Source of the DNA: Lepidodermella squamata
Lineage: Eukaryota; Animalia; Gastrotricha
Direction of reading: 5' to 3'
NCBI GenBank assembly: GCA_047495785.1
Contig: JBLDXI010000007.1
Span: 4,464,001 to 4,528,000 of the forward strand
Length of the DNA: 64,000 nucleotides
The translations under genes were made by a program, and so were the position numbers. Of the stretch, positions 12,801 through 23,300 are shown piece by piece. The notes beneath the pieces were generated by a model, which saw nothing but the letters and a program-made list of their open reading frames with translations, was not told where the DNA came from and searched no databases. Position 1 is the stretch's first letter. Each line of letters starts with the position of its first letter.

Positions 12801-14107
12801 CGGCCCAACTACGACGATTTTTGTGACATTTGACCCGCGTCTCCTTGCGAATCCTGTGGATAGACTTTTTGCGCGACCCGCCAGCCTTGTAGACCAGGTC
12901 TTCAGCTATCTAACGATGTCAAGAAATCAAAAATTCATCCACGGGTTCTCGAACTGGAGGGAGGTAAGGATGACCCGTTTGCGGCTCAAAACGGCCCAAC
13001 TACGACGATTTTTATGACATTTGACATGCGATTCCTTGCGAACCATGTGGATAGACTTTTGGCGCGACCAACCAGCCTTGTAGACCGGGTGCTTAGCTAT
13101 CTAGCGATACCAAGAAATCGAAATTCCATCCACGGGTTCTTGAATGGGAGGGTCGCAAAGATGACCCGTTTGCGGCCGAAAACGGCCCAACTAGGACGAA
13201 TTTTGCGACATTTGACATGCGATTCCATGCGAACCCTGTGGATAGAATTTCAGCGCGACCAAACAGGCATGTAGAGGACATCTTTGGCTTTCTTGTGATA
13301 TGAAAACATGCAATTGTCACCCTCGGTCTTTCGGAGATGCAGTAGCTTAAAGTCTGGAAAACATCAATTTTTCACTTTTTCTTGGGTTTTCGGGAGATCA
13401 TGAAAATTCTAGCCATGAGTATTTTGGTCTTTACCGTACATCATTTTCTCCTAATGTTCTTGGTTGTTATTTTGTGACAATTTTGATTAGTTATCCACGA
13501 AATGGAATCGCTGCGTTTATTCGACGTAATGAACTGGAAATCTTGATTTTCGTTCTTTACTCGATGTAGAACTCAAGCCAGTGGTTCAAACTACGACATT
13601 TTTTCTAAACTTGTGCAGTCGGAGTCTTGTATTCACGCAACGTGAAAATAATAATGATGCAAAGGCAGGAAACTAATCAATCATCAATTTTTCGGCGAAT
13701 TTAAAATCAAGTAAAATCAGAATTTTCTCAGAAATCATCAGTTTCTGAAATATCTAGCCACGGAAATTGAGAAATTGTTTCGAAACCTCTTGCTTCAGAG
13801 TCCAATCAATCAGCATGTTTCAGAAAACCATGACATCATCCTCGAAATAAAAAAGATATTTAATGAAACTCAGTTCAAATTTATCGAGGCTCGAACGTTC
13901 CCGCCAGAAAATAGCTCGGCAGTGCTATTATGTATGCTGTACATTTGTGTTTTACGCATATTTTATATGCTTATTACAGTAGTGCGTAGTACTTTTATAG
14001 GTAAAGTAGTATACGCGTATAACTCTATAGGCGCATAACAATGCATAACAATGCGCGCGCATTTGCCGCATGCGATTCGTATAGTGCGCGAGTTCTGAAA
14101 CACCCTG
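9840..14107. mobile_element. Non-autonomous Tc1/mariner-type TIR element (about 4.27 kb) containing a satellite array
   Basis: TA|CAGGGTGTTTCAGAACTTGCGCA at 9840 and the inverted copy TGCGCGAGTTCTGAAACACCCTG|TA ending at 14107. Similarity extends about 45 bp, to TGCGGCAAATG. TA on both sides. No transposase ORF inside. Confidence 0.85.
10518..13300. repeat. Tandem satellite, 191-bp monomer, about 14.5 copies, with dimer and trimer higher-order repeats
   Basis: Recurring GGGAGGGAGGTAAGGATGACCCGTTTGCGGCTCAAAACGGCCCAACT. Spacings of 191, 382 and 573 bp show in the repeated ORF starts (10723/11105, 12250/12441, 12441/13014). Confidence 0.95.
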
Positions 14108-14448
14108 TATGAAACCCTTAGTTTTTTCTAAGCAGGGAACTAGAAAGCTAGAGATGGAGCCGCTATCCACTTACCAATGCACTTATTGCCTTTTCTTGTA
14201 ACACCGCAGTCGTTAGTGTACTTCAAATGAAATAATGCAGGTTCATTTTCAGCCACTCCTAATCAAAGAAGACCGCAGCTTGATCGTTGAATTATTTCTC
14301 TCAGAGGAAAATTGTTGAAAAATAACATTATAATTCCTTTCTCACTCAATCGATTATTCATTCCGTTGGTTTATATATGTGCATCTATTTCTCAAAAAAC
14401 ACCGGGTAAGCGTTACAGTCGTAGTTTTCTGATGCTAAGCGAGTGCGC

Positions 14449-15551
14449 CTATTTGTTCAGGCTATCAGGAGCACTGCCCCACGAGTTGGCGGCCGAAGAG
14501 CCTCCCCAGCCACCGGCACTTGGAGATCCACTGCCTCCAAAGCCACTGCTGGATCCAGAGCCGCCACCAAGGCCACTGAACAAGCTGCCGAACAGGCTGG
14601 CAGACGAGTCCGCCTTCGGGCACGATTCGTCAATGAAATCCTTGAAGTCATCCGCCAGTTCGCAATCCTTGTCAGCATTGCACCTGATCGGGGAAAAATC
14701 AAGGCTCATCGTCGAATTTCACGATTTTACACAAACAACAAACTTGTCATTGCAGCAAGTGCAGACCTTCATCGTGCCTTTGATGGTCTTGATCGGGATG
14801 ACAACCATGTTCTGTGAGCTGACGCAGCCAAACTTCGACGAGTCAGCCGCTGGTTGACATAATCAATGAAAATAATTATTCGAATCGGCAACTCGCGAAA
14901 CTTACGGCCCAGGCTTGTCAGTATGCCATCGATGTCTAAACCATCAAACACGCTCGATCCAATCGAAGACGGGTCCGCGGCAGCTTTCGTTGTGGTCGTT
15001 GCCGCCTTTGTAGTAGTCGTTGTTCCTGACGCTTTCGATGTTGCTCCGGCTGATTTTGTGGTCATTGGCATTGAGACCTTTGAAACCATGCCACTGGTTG
15101 CGTTCGGCTCGGCGCACGACCAAATGTTGACGTTGAAGCCAATCGGGGTGCTTGCGAATGAAGCCGGCAAATCGCTGGTAGAATTGCCAGCAAAGTCCGA
15201 GAGTGACGCTTTAATTCTCACCGAGATTCTCTGCAATCGGGAATTTCATTTGAGGACTTATATTTTGGTAAATGAAGTTATTATTTACAATGCAAGCATC
15301 GCAGTTATCCTGGAGGACGGCGTCTTTCGGCAGGGTCGCATTGGCTTCGAATTTGATGGATCCGCCGAACATGAGGGCGAACATGGAGGACATGACCTTG
15401 TCCTTGCTCAAATCTGGCATAGCCGTGGCGTTGTAGCATTTAATGGCTGGAAATTAATCACTTTTTTTACCAGCAAACCTACGAAAAATCAAAATTGCTC
15501 ACCTGCGGCGCCTTGAAAGGCAATCGCGGATAGAATGATTGCTGAAATCAT
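14449..15551 (-). CDS. Secreted cysteine-rich Ly6/three-finger-like protein, paralogue 3, with Gly/Ser-rich tail (spliced)
   Basis: MISAIILSAIAFQGAA|..KCYNATAMPD...NCDAC; WSC; Thr-rich linker; FGC...VCTCCND; CNADKDCELADDFKDFIDESC followed by a G/S-rich tail. Confidence 0.75.
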
Positions 15552-16057
15552 CTTTTACGAAAAGATACTAGATTCTGTATAGCTAAAGAACAGGTTATGA
15601 AGTGCTTGTGTAATTCAACCACCGTTAAGTAGTAGGATGGCGACCGGCTTTTCCAGTTCGTGCTACTGGCCTCGACGCTCTTATGCGATATTTTTTCATT
15701 TCAAAGGAGTATTTTTCATGCGATGGAATGCTCATCGTATGTGTTAAAAACTACGCAACACGAGACTTTGATGATGTATATGCCATGTGTATAGAATAGC
15801 TAACAGCCGTTATTTGAGTATGCCAAGTTTTAATCTACTGCTACATCTTTTCTCGAATGATCAACAAGAATTTGCATTCATACTGTTGGCGCTTTCTCAA
15901 CAGTGACCTGTCAACTTTACGGCAGATATTTTTTATAATTTAATCATCAAATCATGAAAAAACTAGAGTGAATCATAACCGCCAAGCGTTCTGGTTTGGC
16001 TTGATTTTCTCGGTGAAATGATTGTAATCAGAATCCGAAGTATGTTCGATGTTCGAT

Positions 16058-16699
16058 CTAAGCAAGCTTCTTGTAAAGGCCAGTCAGCGCCCCAGGACAG
16101 CCTTTGAAGGACCCACCAAATTCGTCGAAGACCACTTCAGCGAAGGCTGTGAAGCCCAACTTGTTGGCGTAAATGTGCTGTGCTGTCGATGATACCGTCT
16201 CGACCGTTATGAACTTGAAACCCTTCAGCCTAGCATTTTGAACGGCAAATTGCCTCAAACGAGTGGCTACGCCTTGCCCCGAGAATTCTTTCTTAGTTGC
16301 GCCCATAGTCAAATGAGCAATTCGGCCCTTCTCAGCTCGCAGTTCGTCGGGTAGATGTTTGCGAAGCTGGCTAAAGGCCGGTTGAAGCGGGTGCTTATCC
16401 CAGAACTCAACCACTTTTGTTGGATCGTCGTGAACGTAGGCTTCTGAAGTTTGGCAGTGAATGACGGCTATCATTTCGCGTGTCTCTTCGACTTCGGCGA
16501 ACACAGGCAGGCCACTGTCGGTGCCGGCAAGTTTGAACAGCTCGCATACCAAACCGTGGAAATACTCGCGATTGAATCCGGGATGGTTTTCCATCAAATG
16601 GGCTGTCGTGGCTTCGACACTGAGAAACTGCTCAGCGAGAAGCTGAATGGCTTCTTCTTCGCGATTTTCCGGCAAAACCCGGAATACAATGGCTGACAT
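16058..16699 (-). CDS. GNAT N-acetyltransferase, invertebrate arylalkylamine N-acetyltransferase (AANAT/Dat)-like, copy 1
   Basis: 213 aa, intronless; acetyl-CoA motif A HLTMGATKKEFSGQGVATRL; AR-KGFKFITVE; KLGF; N-terminal QFLSVEA resembles the FF.DEP motif of insect AANATs. Confidence 0.85.
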   Translation of the reverse strand: MSAIVFRVLPENREEEAIQLLAEQFLSVEATTAHLMENHPGFNREYFHGLVCELFKLAGTDSGLPVFAEVEETREMIAVIHCQTSEAYVHDDPTKVVEFWDKHPLQPAFSQLRKHLPDELRAEKGRIAHLTMGATKKEFSGQGVATRLRQFAVQNARLKGFKFITVETVSSTAQHIYANKLGFTAFAEVVFDEFGGSFKGCPGALTGLYKKLA

Positions 16700-18436
16700 A
16701 GCTTCAATAACGTTTTTTAAATACTTTTTTGTCGAGAAAAGCAAAGCAGATGCGAGGCGAGATAAATAGATGGATGTGAGCAAACTTTAGCAGCAAGCGT
16801 TAGTTCTGTGTGACATTGTGGAACCACTGGTAAGTTGAACCTTGGCGCGCACACTGATTGGTCAATTTATCGTTGCTAATGACTCCGGAATGAAACATGA
16901 AACATTTCGTCGAGCGATCCACTAATAAATTATTTTATATTTATGGAAAAAATGACCTTGCCACACCGTCTGCCCGGTTTCCATTGACCACGAGCGTAAA
17001 CTCCATATTAATCGTGGTAAATTGCTGCGGCAAAAAACACTTGTTGCAAAAAATCTTATGGATCGCACGACAGAACGTTTCATCCGGGAGTCATAGCAAC
17101 GATCGATTGACCAATCAGCGTGCGCATTGGATTGGACTTTTAAGTGGTCACACAATGGACATTTTGCTTAGTCAATATCAGCTATCAGCTGCCAGGCAGT
17201 CTAAATTTATCTTCTTATTAAAAAAATTAAAATAATGAACGCTCTTTTTCTACACATAGGGAAGTTAATAGTAATATTCTCACCAGTATATAAAGTATTT
17301 ATATTATCACTATTCAACTTACCGCATGATGTGTGTGTGTAGAAAAAGACGTTTATCATTTCTCAGGCATTTTAATAATTTAAAGACTAAGCAAAATGTC
17401 ATACAAACGTCACTTATTATAAATCAATTACGCTGGAATATCAGCGACATCGAAAACCTTTGAGACGCAACTTGGTTAAGCGCTTTCCAGATCGAGCTAG
17501 CATTCTTCATACCACCGGCTTTTATTTCACATCTCAATCTATTGTTCTACACATGTATAAAACTTATCAGAGCAACTATAGCGGAGTGCGAAAGGTGTAA
17601 ATCGTAGAATTCAACGACTAAGATCAAGCTTCACCGGTCAGTGAAAATATCCATCGAAATAAGGGCCGCATCGCCATGATTTTATGACTAATTACATAAA
17701 TGAATGCACAAGAGCGAAATAACATAAAGCTGAAAGCTGAAGTCAGCATCTGTTTGATGCTAGCGTTTGGAATGCTAAACGATGTCAAGTTCAAATGTTG
17801 AACTCCAGTGTGTCAACTTTTTTGAAATAATACATATTGCTGCCATTCGCTCATTTCGGCGAATTTTCTCAAGTTTGAACATAATTTTTAAAGCGGTAAT
17901 CGCTGCGTTTATGTGGTTAAAAGGATTTGACGTAGCTTTCGAAAATAGGTTGCGGTTTAAAAAATTAACGACTCAGTTTCTTTATATAATATCGTGAAAC
18001 AAACGGATTTCCATTAAAATAGGGGCAAACAATTCTTGCGCTATTTCCGCTTTCGGGATGATTAAATCGTGGCTTTTTATGGGGAAATTTTATAGCCGGA
18101 AATCAATTTGATAAAAAACCTCTGACCATAACCTTGAAAACAACCTTTATTAGCTACAAAATTGCATTCGAATAATAATAGAAGAAAGTTTTCCGTTTTT
18201 TCTCTCTCATCGCTTAGCCATTTTGAAAGACATGTCAAAATCCTTTTAACCACTTAAATGTAGCGATTAGAGCTTTCAAAATAATTTGAAACCATGGAAA
18301 GATTCGCAAAAATGAGCGAATCGTAGCAATTTATAACATTGCAAAAAATTTCGTGTATCCTTTCTAAACAGCCTATAAATAGTAAAATCGCCGGCTCAGA
18401 CCTAGTCTTTGGCTATAAATACCCCGGACTGATTGT

Positions 18437-20303
18437 TCACATTTCGGCAACGCTGTAGGCATCGCTTAGGATAATATCAGCAAGTTCTCGGATGACGTTC
18501 CAAGCAAAGTCCACGTGAGACTCGTTAGAAGCGAAGGCACAGATAGCGAGACGTATCAGGATGAGCGATCTGAATGGCAATCTAAAGATTAAACAACTTG
18601 AATGCATAACTGGATACTCTTACTTCACTTCACATGACACTAGATAAATTCGCCCATCTGCTTGGATCGCTTTAAGAAGCGCCGTTGTCAGAACATTCGA
18701 CTGCGCCAAGGTGGCGGCTCTCAGGTAGAAAGTCACCAATCCCATGCGAACCTTCGCGCCGATCGCAAACCGTTCGTCCTTGCGTACCAGCTTCTCAAAG
18801 TACGCAGCCATTCTGACGTGATTCCTGATATGTGCCTGTAATCGAAGAGCTTTTAAACGATACCTCAACCTTATGCTACACAATAAACCTGGATCCCCCG
18901 AACACCAAAAATGCGCAATACAAAAAAGACTTTCAGTGACCTGAATCGGCGGCCCAGATGGATTTCCCTGTTGAGAAATACTTTGTTGAATCCTACGAAA
19001 CACATGTGCAGAAACTGCTTACCAGTGACGATATTCCGGCATGCTTCCGCCTCCAAAGTCATGTTTGAGGTAATGCGGGTCGACAGCGAATGCCTCCTCC
19101 TAAACCAACAAGAGACCAGAAAGTGTTGGAGTTGAAATTTTCAAGTAATTAATACCAGTAAGGTTGCATCTTTGTACCACATGGCGGAGCATTCAAATGT
19201 TGTGAGCATCCACTTGTGCAGGTTGAAATTGAACGAGTCCGCAAATTCGACGCCATTCAACAGGCTGCGGAATTCAGGGCAGCAGAAGGCACTTCCAGCA
19301 TAGGCCGCGTCAATGTGCAGCCATAGAGGTACTTCAAACTCATTGTTGTAGGTTTGAATAAACGGCCCGATTCCGGCCAAATCGTCAAAGGCACAGGTGC
19401 CAGTTGTGCCGAGTGATGCAACAACGTAGAAAGGGATGAGACCTTCGCCCACAGCTACAGCGATCGCGGTTTTCAGAGATTCGGCTGTCATGGCGTTTTC
19501 ATTGTCACTTTCAACTAAGATGACGTGTTGGATCCCGCCTAGTAACGCAGCTTTTTCAACACATGAATGAGCCTGGTCGGAACAAATGACGACCAAACGG
19601 TCCAAGATTTCGCCGCGAGGGAAATTAGGCCTTAATTCAGCCATTCTAGCCAACACGCGGCTTCTAGCAGCTAGTAAGGCTAGAAATAAGGCTTCGCTAG
19701 CTGAGCCATACAAGATGCCACCTCCCTTGCCACCGCTGCTGAATAGAAAATGATCCGGAAGATTCAGCAGTTTAGCCAACCAGTCCATCATCACAGTTTC
19801 GAGCTGTTGAAAAAGTGTTACTGGCTTCTTTATGAATAAAATGTGTTACCTCAGTAGTTATTGGGCACGATGCATAGGTAAGAACGATTGACCCGAGGCA
19901 GTTTGCTAGCATGTCAGCGATCAAGGAAGGAGTAGAAATAGCGACAGGGAAATAGCCGAAGAACCTGCGGATTAAAATTGAATCCCATTGAAGCGAACTA
20001 TTTCAGAAAAACTACGGTAATAACCTCGGAGAATGCCAGTGCGTAACGTTTGGCATAATTACTTTATTTACGTCTGCCATCACTTGTTCAAAGCTATCCG
20101 GCTCTTCGGGGACTTGCCGAGGCAGCAGTGAAGCAAGAAAACCCGGATAGTTATCGGTTCGAGAGGCCAATCTGTATATTTGAATCGTATTATAATGGTT
20201 AATTGTCGCCTGTTCAAAATCACCGGTTTTCGATGTTACAGAAGTAATCGGCCATGAAGTCGACTGCTTCTTTTCCGCGTCTCCGGAATTCTTCAGCATC
20301 CAT
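18437..20303 (-). CDS. PLP-dependent aromatic L-amino acid decarboxylase (DDC/TDC/HDC family), spliced
   Basis: MDAEEFRRRGKEAVDFMADY; VTHWHSPRFFGYFP; GGGILYGSASEA; SDQAHSCVEKA; LGTTGTCAFD; WLHIDAAYAG; PLP lysine in FNLHKW; LGRRFRSLK; final exon LIRLAICA...AWNVIRELA. Confidence 0.95.
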
Positions 20304-21335
20304 TTCAAGTGCAACTGTTTTTTATTGAAGATATATAACAAATTGAAGACGTATCGGTGACAATTTCCGTGATAGCTATATTACACAAATCGCAAGTTAA
20401 CAATTGAATCAAGGGCTAATTATTTTCCGGCAGAATGGTGTTGGGCAAGATGTAATTAAAACAGGAAACATGATGACTCTGAAGTGGTCTTCTTCGTTGT
20501 ACGAAAAGAAATATTCAGATAAAACAAGATTAGTGAATATAAAATGCTCTACTGTTTAGCTGGGCTTGAAGACTCATTTTCTCTGTATTGTCTCAGCTAT
20601 ACAAAATAAGGCGACTAAAATGATCGTTATACTAACTGGAAGAATAAATTCTTGTTGTGCTATAGCAACTGGGAAGAATTATTCACCGATCACACATGAG
20701 TATCACGCATGTTTATTCGAACGCAGCTGAAAATGCAATTTTAGCCGGAGGAAATAAATGGAAGTAGGTTCGTATTTTCACACAAGATATATAATTCATG
20801 GCTTGGTCCGTTTTCGTAGCTTCAATTTTTGTGACAACTGCGATGAAAAACCGCTCTGACAATCAAGGGCTACGTTAGGTCACACAATCAGGGCACATCC
20901 TTGGGTCCAGCGATGGTTTCTAATTTCTCTTTGTCCCTCTTTGTCGTCCCTTTCTTTTGTCAGATAAATTCTCCAGTGAGCCTCCTCAATTGCGTCACCT
21001 GCGCCTCACAACTCACTCTGATCGAGCCTTTATCTTTTCCTGTTATTGTTGATTATTTAATTGATGTGGGTTGCCTCTAAATTATTGCTGAAAAATGTGA
21101 AGGAAAGTGGCTGGCTAATAAAGGATTTTCGCTCTTTTTCGTTCTAAAAAACAAGTTAGGATAAGATCGTGTTAACATCTCAAATAAAATGCATTCACAA
21201 GAATAAAGAACAACCGAGATTTACTGCATTCAAGAAGTGGTGAGGGCTGCATTGGACAGTGGAAAGAATCAAAATTACTTCAGCGAATTTGGTGTTTAAT
21301 CTGATAGCGCATTATTTGGCTGCTTCATGCTCGAT

Positions 21336-21977
21336 CTAGGCAAGCTTTTTGTAAAGACCATTCAGCATTCCGGGGCAACCTTTGTAGGGCCCACCGAATT
21401 CATCGAAGACCACTTGCCCGAAGGCTGAAAAACCCAACTTGTTGGCGTAAATGTGCTGTGTTGCCGATGATTCCGTCTCGACAGTGATAAACTTGAACCC
21501 CTTGAGCCTAGCATTTTCAACCGCGAATTGCCGCAAGCGAGTCGCTATTCCTTGTCCCGTAAATTCCTTCTTCGTTGCGCCCATAGTCAAATGAGCTACT
21601 CGGCCCTTCTCAGCTCGCAACTCATCAGGCAGAAATTTGTGAAGCTCACTAACGACAGGTAGAAGCGGGTGCTTATCCCAGAACTCGACCACCTTTGTTG
21701 GATCGTCGTGCACGTCGGCATCTGCAGTTTGGCAGTGAATTACGGCTATCATTTCGCGTGTCTCTTCGACTTCGGCGAACACAGGCAGGCCACTCTCGGT
21801 GCCGGCAAGTTTGAACAGCTCGCGGACCAAACCGTGGAAAAACTCACGAGTGAAACCGGGGTGGCTGGCCAGCAGATGGGCTGTGGTGGCTTCGTAACCG
21901 AGAAATTGTTGAGTGAGAAGCTGAATGGCTTCTTCCACGCGATTTGCGGGCAATACACCGTACACAATTGTTGACAT
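21336..21977 (-). CDS. GNAT N-acetyltransferase, AANAT/Dat-like, copy 2
   Basis: 213 aa, intronless, colinear with and highly similar to the 16058-16699 copy; motif A KKEFTGQGIATRL. Confidence 0.85.
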   Translation of the reverse strand: MSTIVYGVLPANRVEEAIQLLTQQFLGYEATTAHLLASHPGFTREFFHGLVRELFKLAGTESGLPVFAEVEETREMIAVIHCQTADADVHDDPTKVVEFWDKHPLLPVVSELHKFLPDELRAEKGRVAHLTMGATKKEFTGQGIATRLRQFAVENARLKGFKFITVETESSATQHIYANKLGFSAFGQVVFDEFGGPYKGCPGMLNGLYKKLA

Positions 21978-23210
21978 AGCGTCAAAAACCTTTTTAAAAG
22001 CCTCTAATTGTAGAGAATGCCAATAGGATGAAATGCAAAACAATCGCGAGACCAAATAGAGTTAAGGGAGAAAACGTTAGTAGTTAGCATAGTTCTCACC
22101 ACGTGCTTAGTCAATATCAGCTGCCGGGCAGCGAGCCTAAATTTAGCTGCAAATAATTAAAATTAAAATAATAAACGACTTCTACATGCATGCATGATGT
22201 TAATAATAATACTTAATTGTGATAATAAAAATAATACGATCGTGAGAATATTATTATTCTTATCGCTCGCTGTATTATCTTACGTATCCTCCTATTATCG
22301 TCACGTGTGAGGTGTGAGGTGCCGAACGTGAGCTGCTTCCTCGTCATTTTTCGTCAGTAGCGAAAGATACGAAAAAGAAAGAAGGTAAACAGCAATTTTT
22401 CGGATCGAATGGCAGAGTCTGTCTCGAATCCGCGGTGATCGATAGTTTCTTACTTCGAGTTCAAAGCCCAGTCACTTCTCACTTTGGCCAGCTTATTAAA
22501 AACTGAAAGGTTAGCCATGGCGGAATCAGCACTCTGTTTAATGACGTTTCGCAACGGCTTACCAATCCATGCCGTGCACGTCGTAAGTACATGAGTGCGC
22601 ATTGAAGCGATTCCAAGCCATGGTCAGTTTTCAAGGTGACAGCTGTGTGTGCAGGGTGCGTGGTGTGATTCGTCCATGGAGCATGCCCATGTCCAAGAAT
22701 TGCAAGTGAAGAGAAGTTAAACCTGAAAGTCAGTTCATCATCGACAATAAAGCCCAGATCTATTATATGCGCTACTTACAGATCGAAAGTCTGCGCGTCC
22801 GCTGAGAGAGTAAGACCTACTTGAATTGTTGTACAAGCGATGAAGGACGGCACACTTGTCGAAAGAAACCAAATCGCTTACCCAGGCGAAGAGGAAAATA
22901 ACGCGTTATCGACATGTAGTAATTTAATATATACCTATACCCGCACAAAAGCATGCGTTCACATACCTGTAGTTGATGCAACGTGCATACCACAACTGCG
23001 GCTGGTGCTCGCGTGGCTACCGGTGGCGGCATTGTGAAGCTGGTCGAGGTGACGGTGCCGGCCGGTATCGTGATTGTTAATGAGCGCAGCTAATTAATGC
23101 TGACGTCAATGGTAACCGGCCGGGGGCGGCAGCGGAAGGCATCATCCGGGAAGACAAAAGAATGCACAGATGTTTTGGGATTGAAATTTAGGGACACTTA
23201 TGGGCATATT

Positions 23211-23300
23211 GTTGCCTGCCTTCGCCCTCTTCAAAACCGGAAACGGTAAATGACGCTCAGTCTAAAAGAGGTTTAAATAAAACTGTTATTATTATTATTA
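23211..23300 (+). mobile_element. 3' tail fragment of a non-LTR retroelement with (TTA)n end
   Basis: TTGCCTGCCTTCGCCCTCTTCAAAACC...AATAAAACTGTTATTATTATTATTA; a close match lies at 50290-50370. Confidence 0.6.

Noticed and set aside
10518-13300. CRISPR-like array, or repeated small ORFs (MTFDLRLL..., MRFHAKPV...)
   Set aside because: Whole 191-bp units repeat with no unique spacers, no cas genes are present and the context is eukaryotic. 191 is not a multiple of 3, so the ORFs are artefacts.
14312-15516. Long plus-strand ORFs (181 and 216 aa)
   Set aside because: Antisense shadows of the spliced minus-strand Cys-rich gene.
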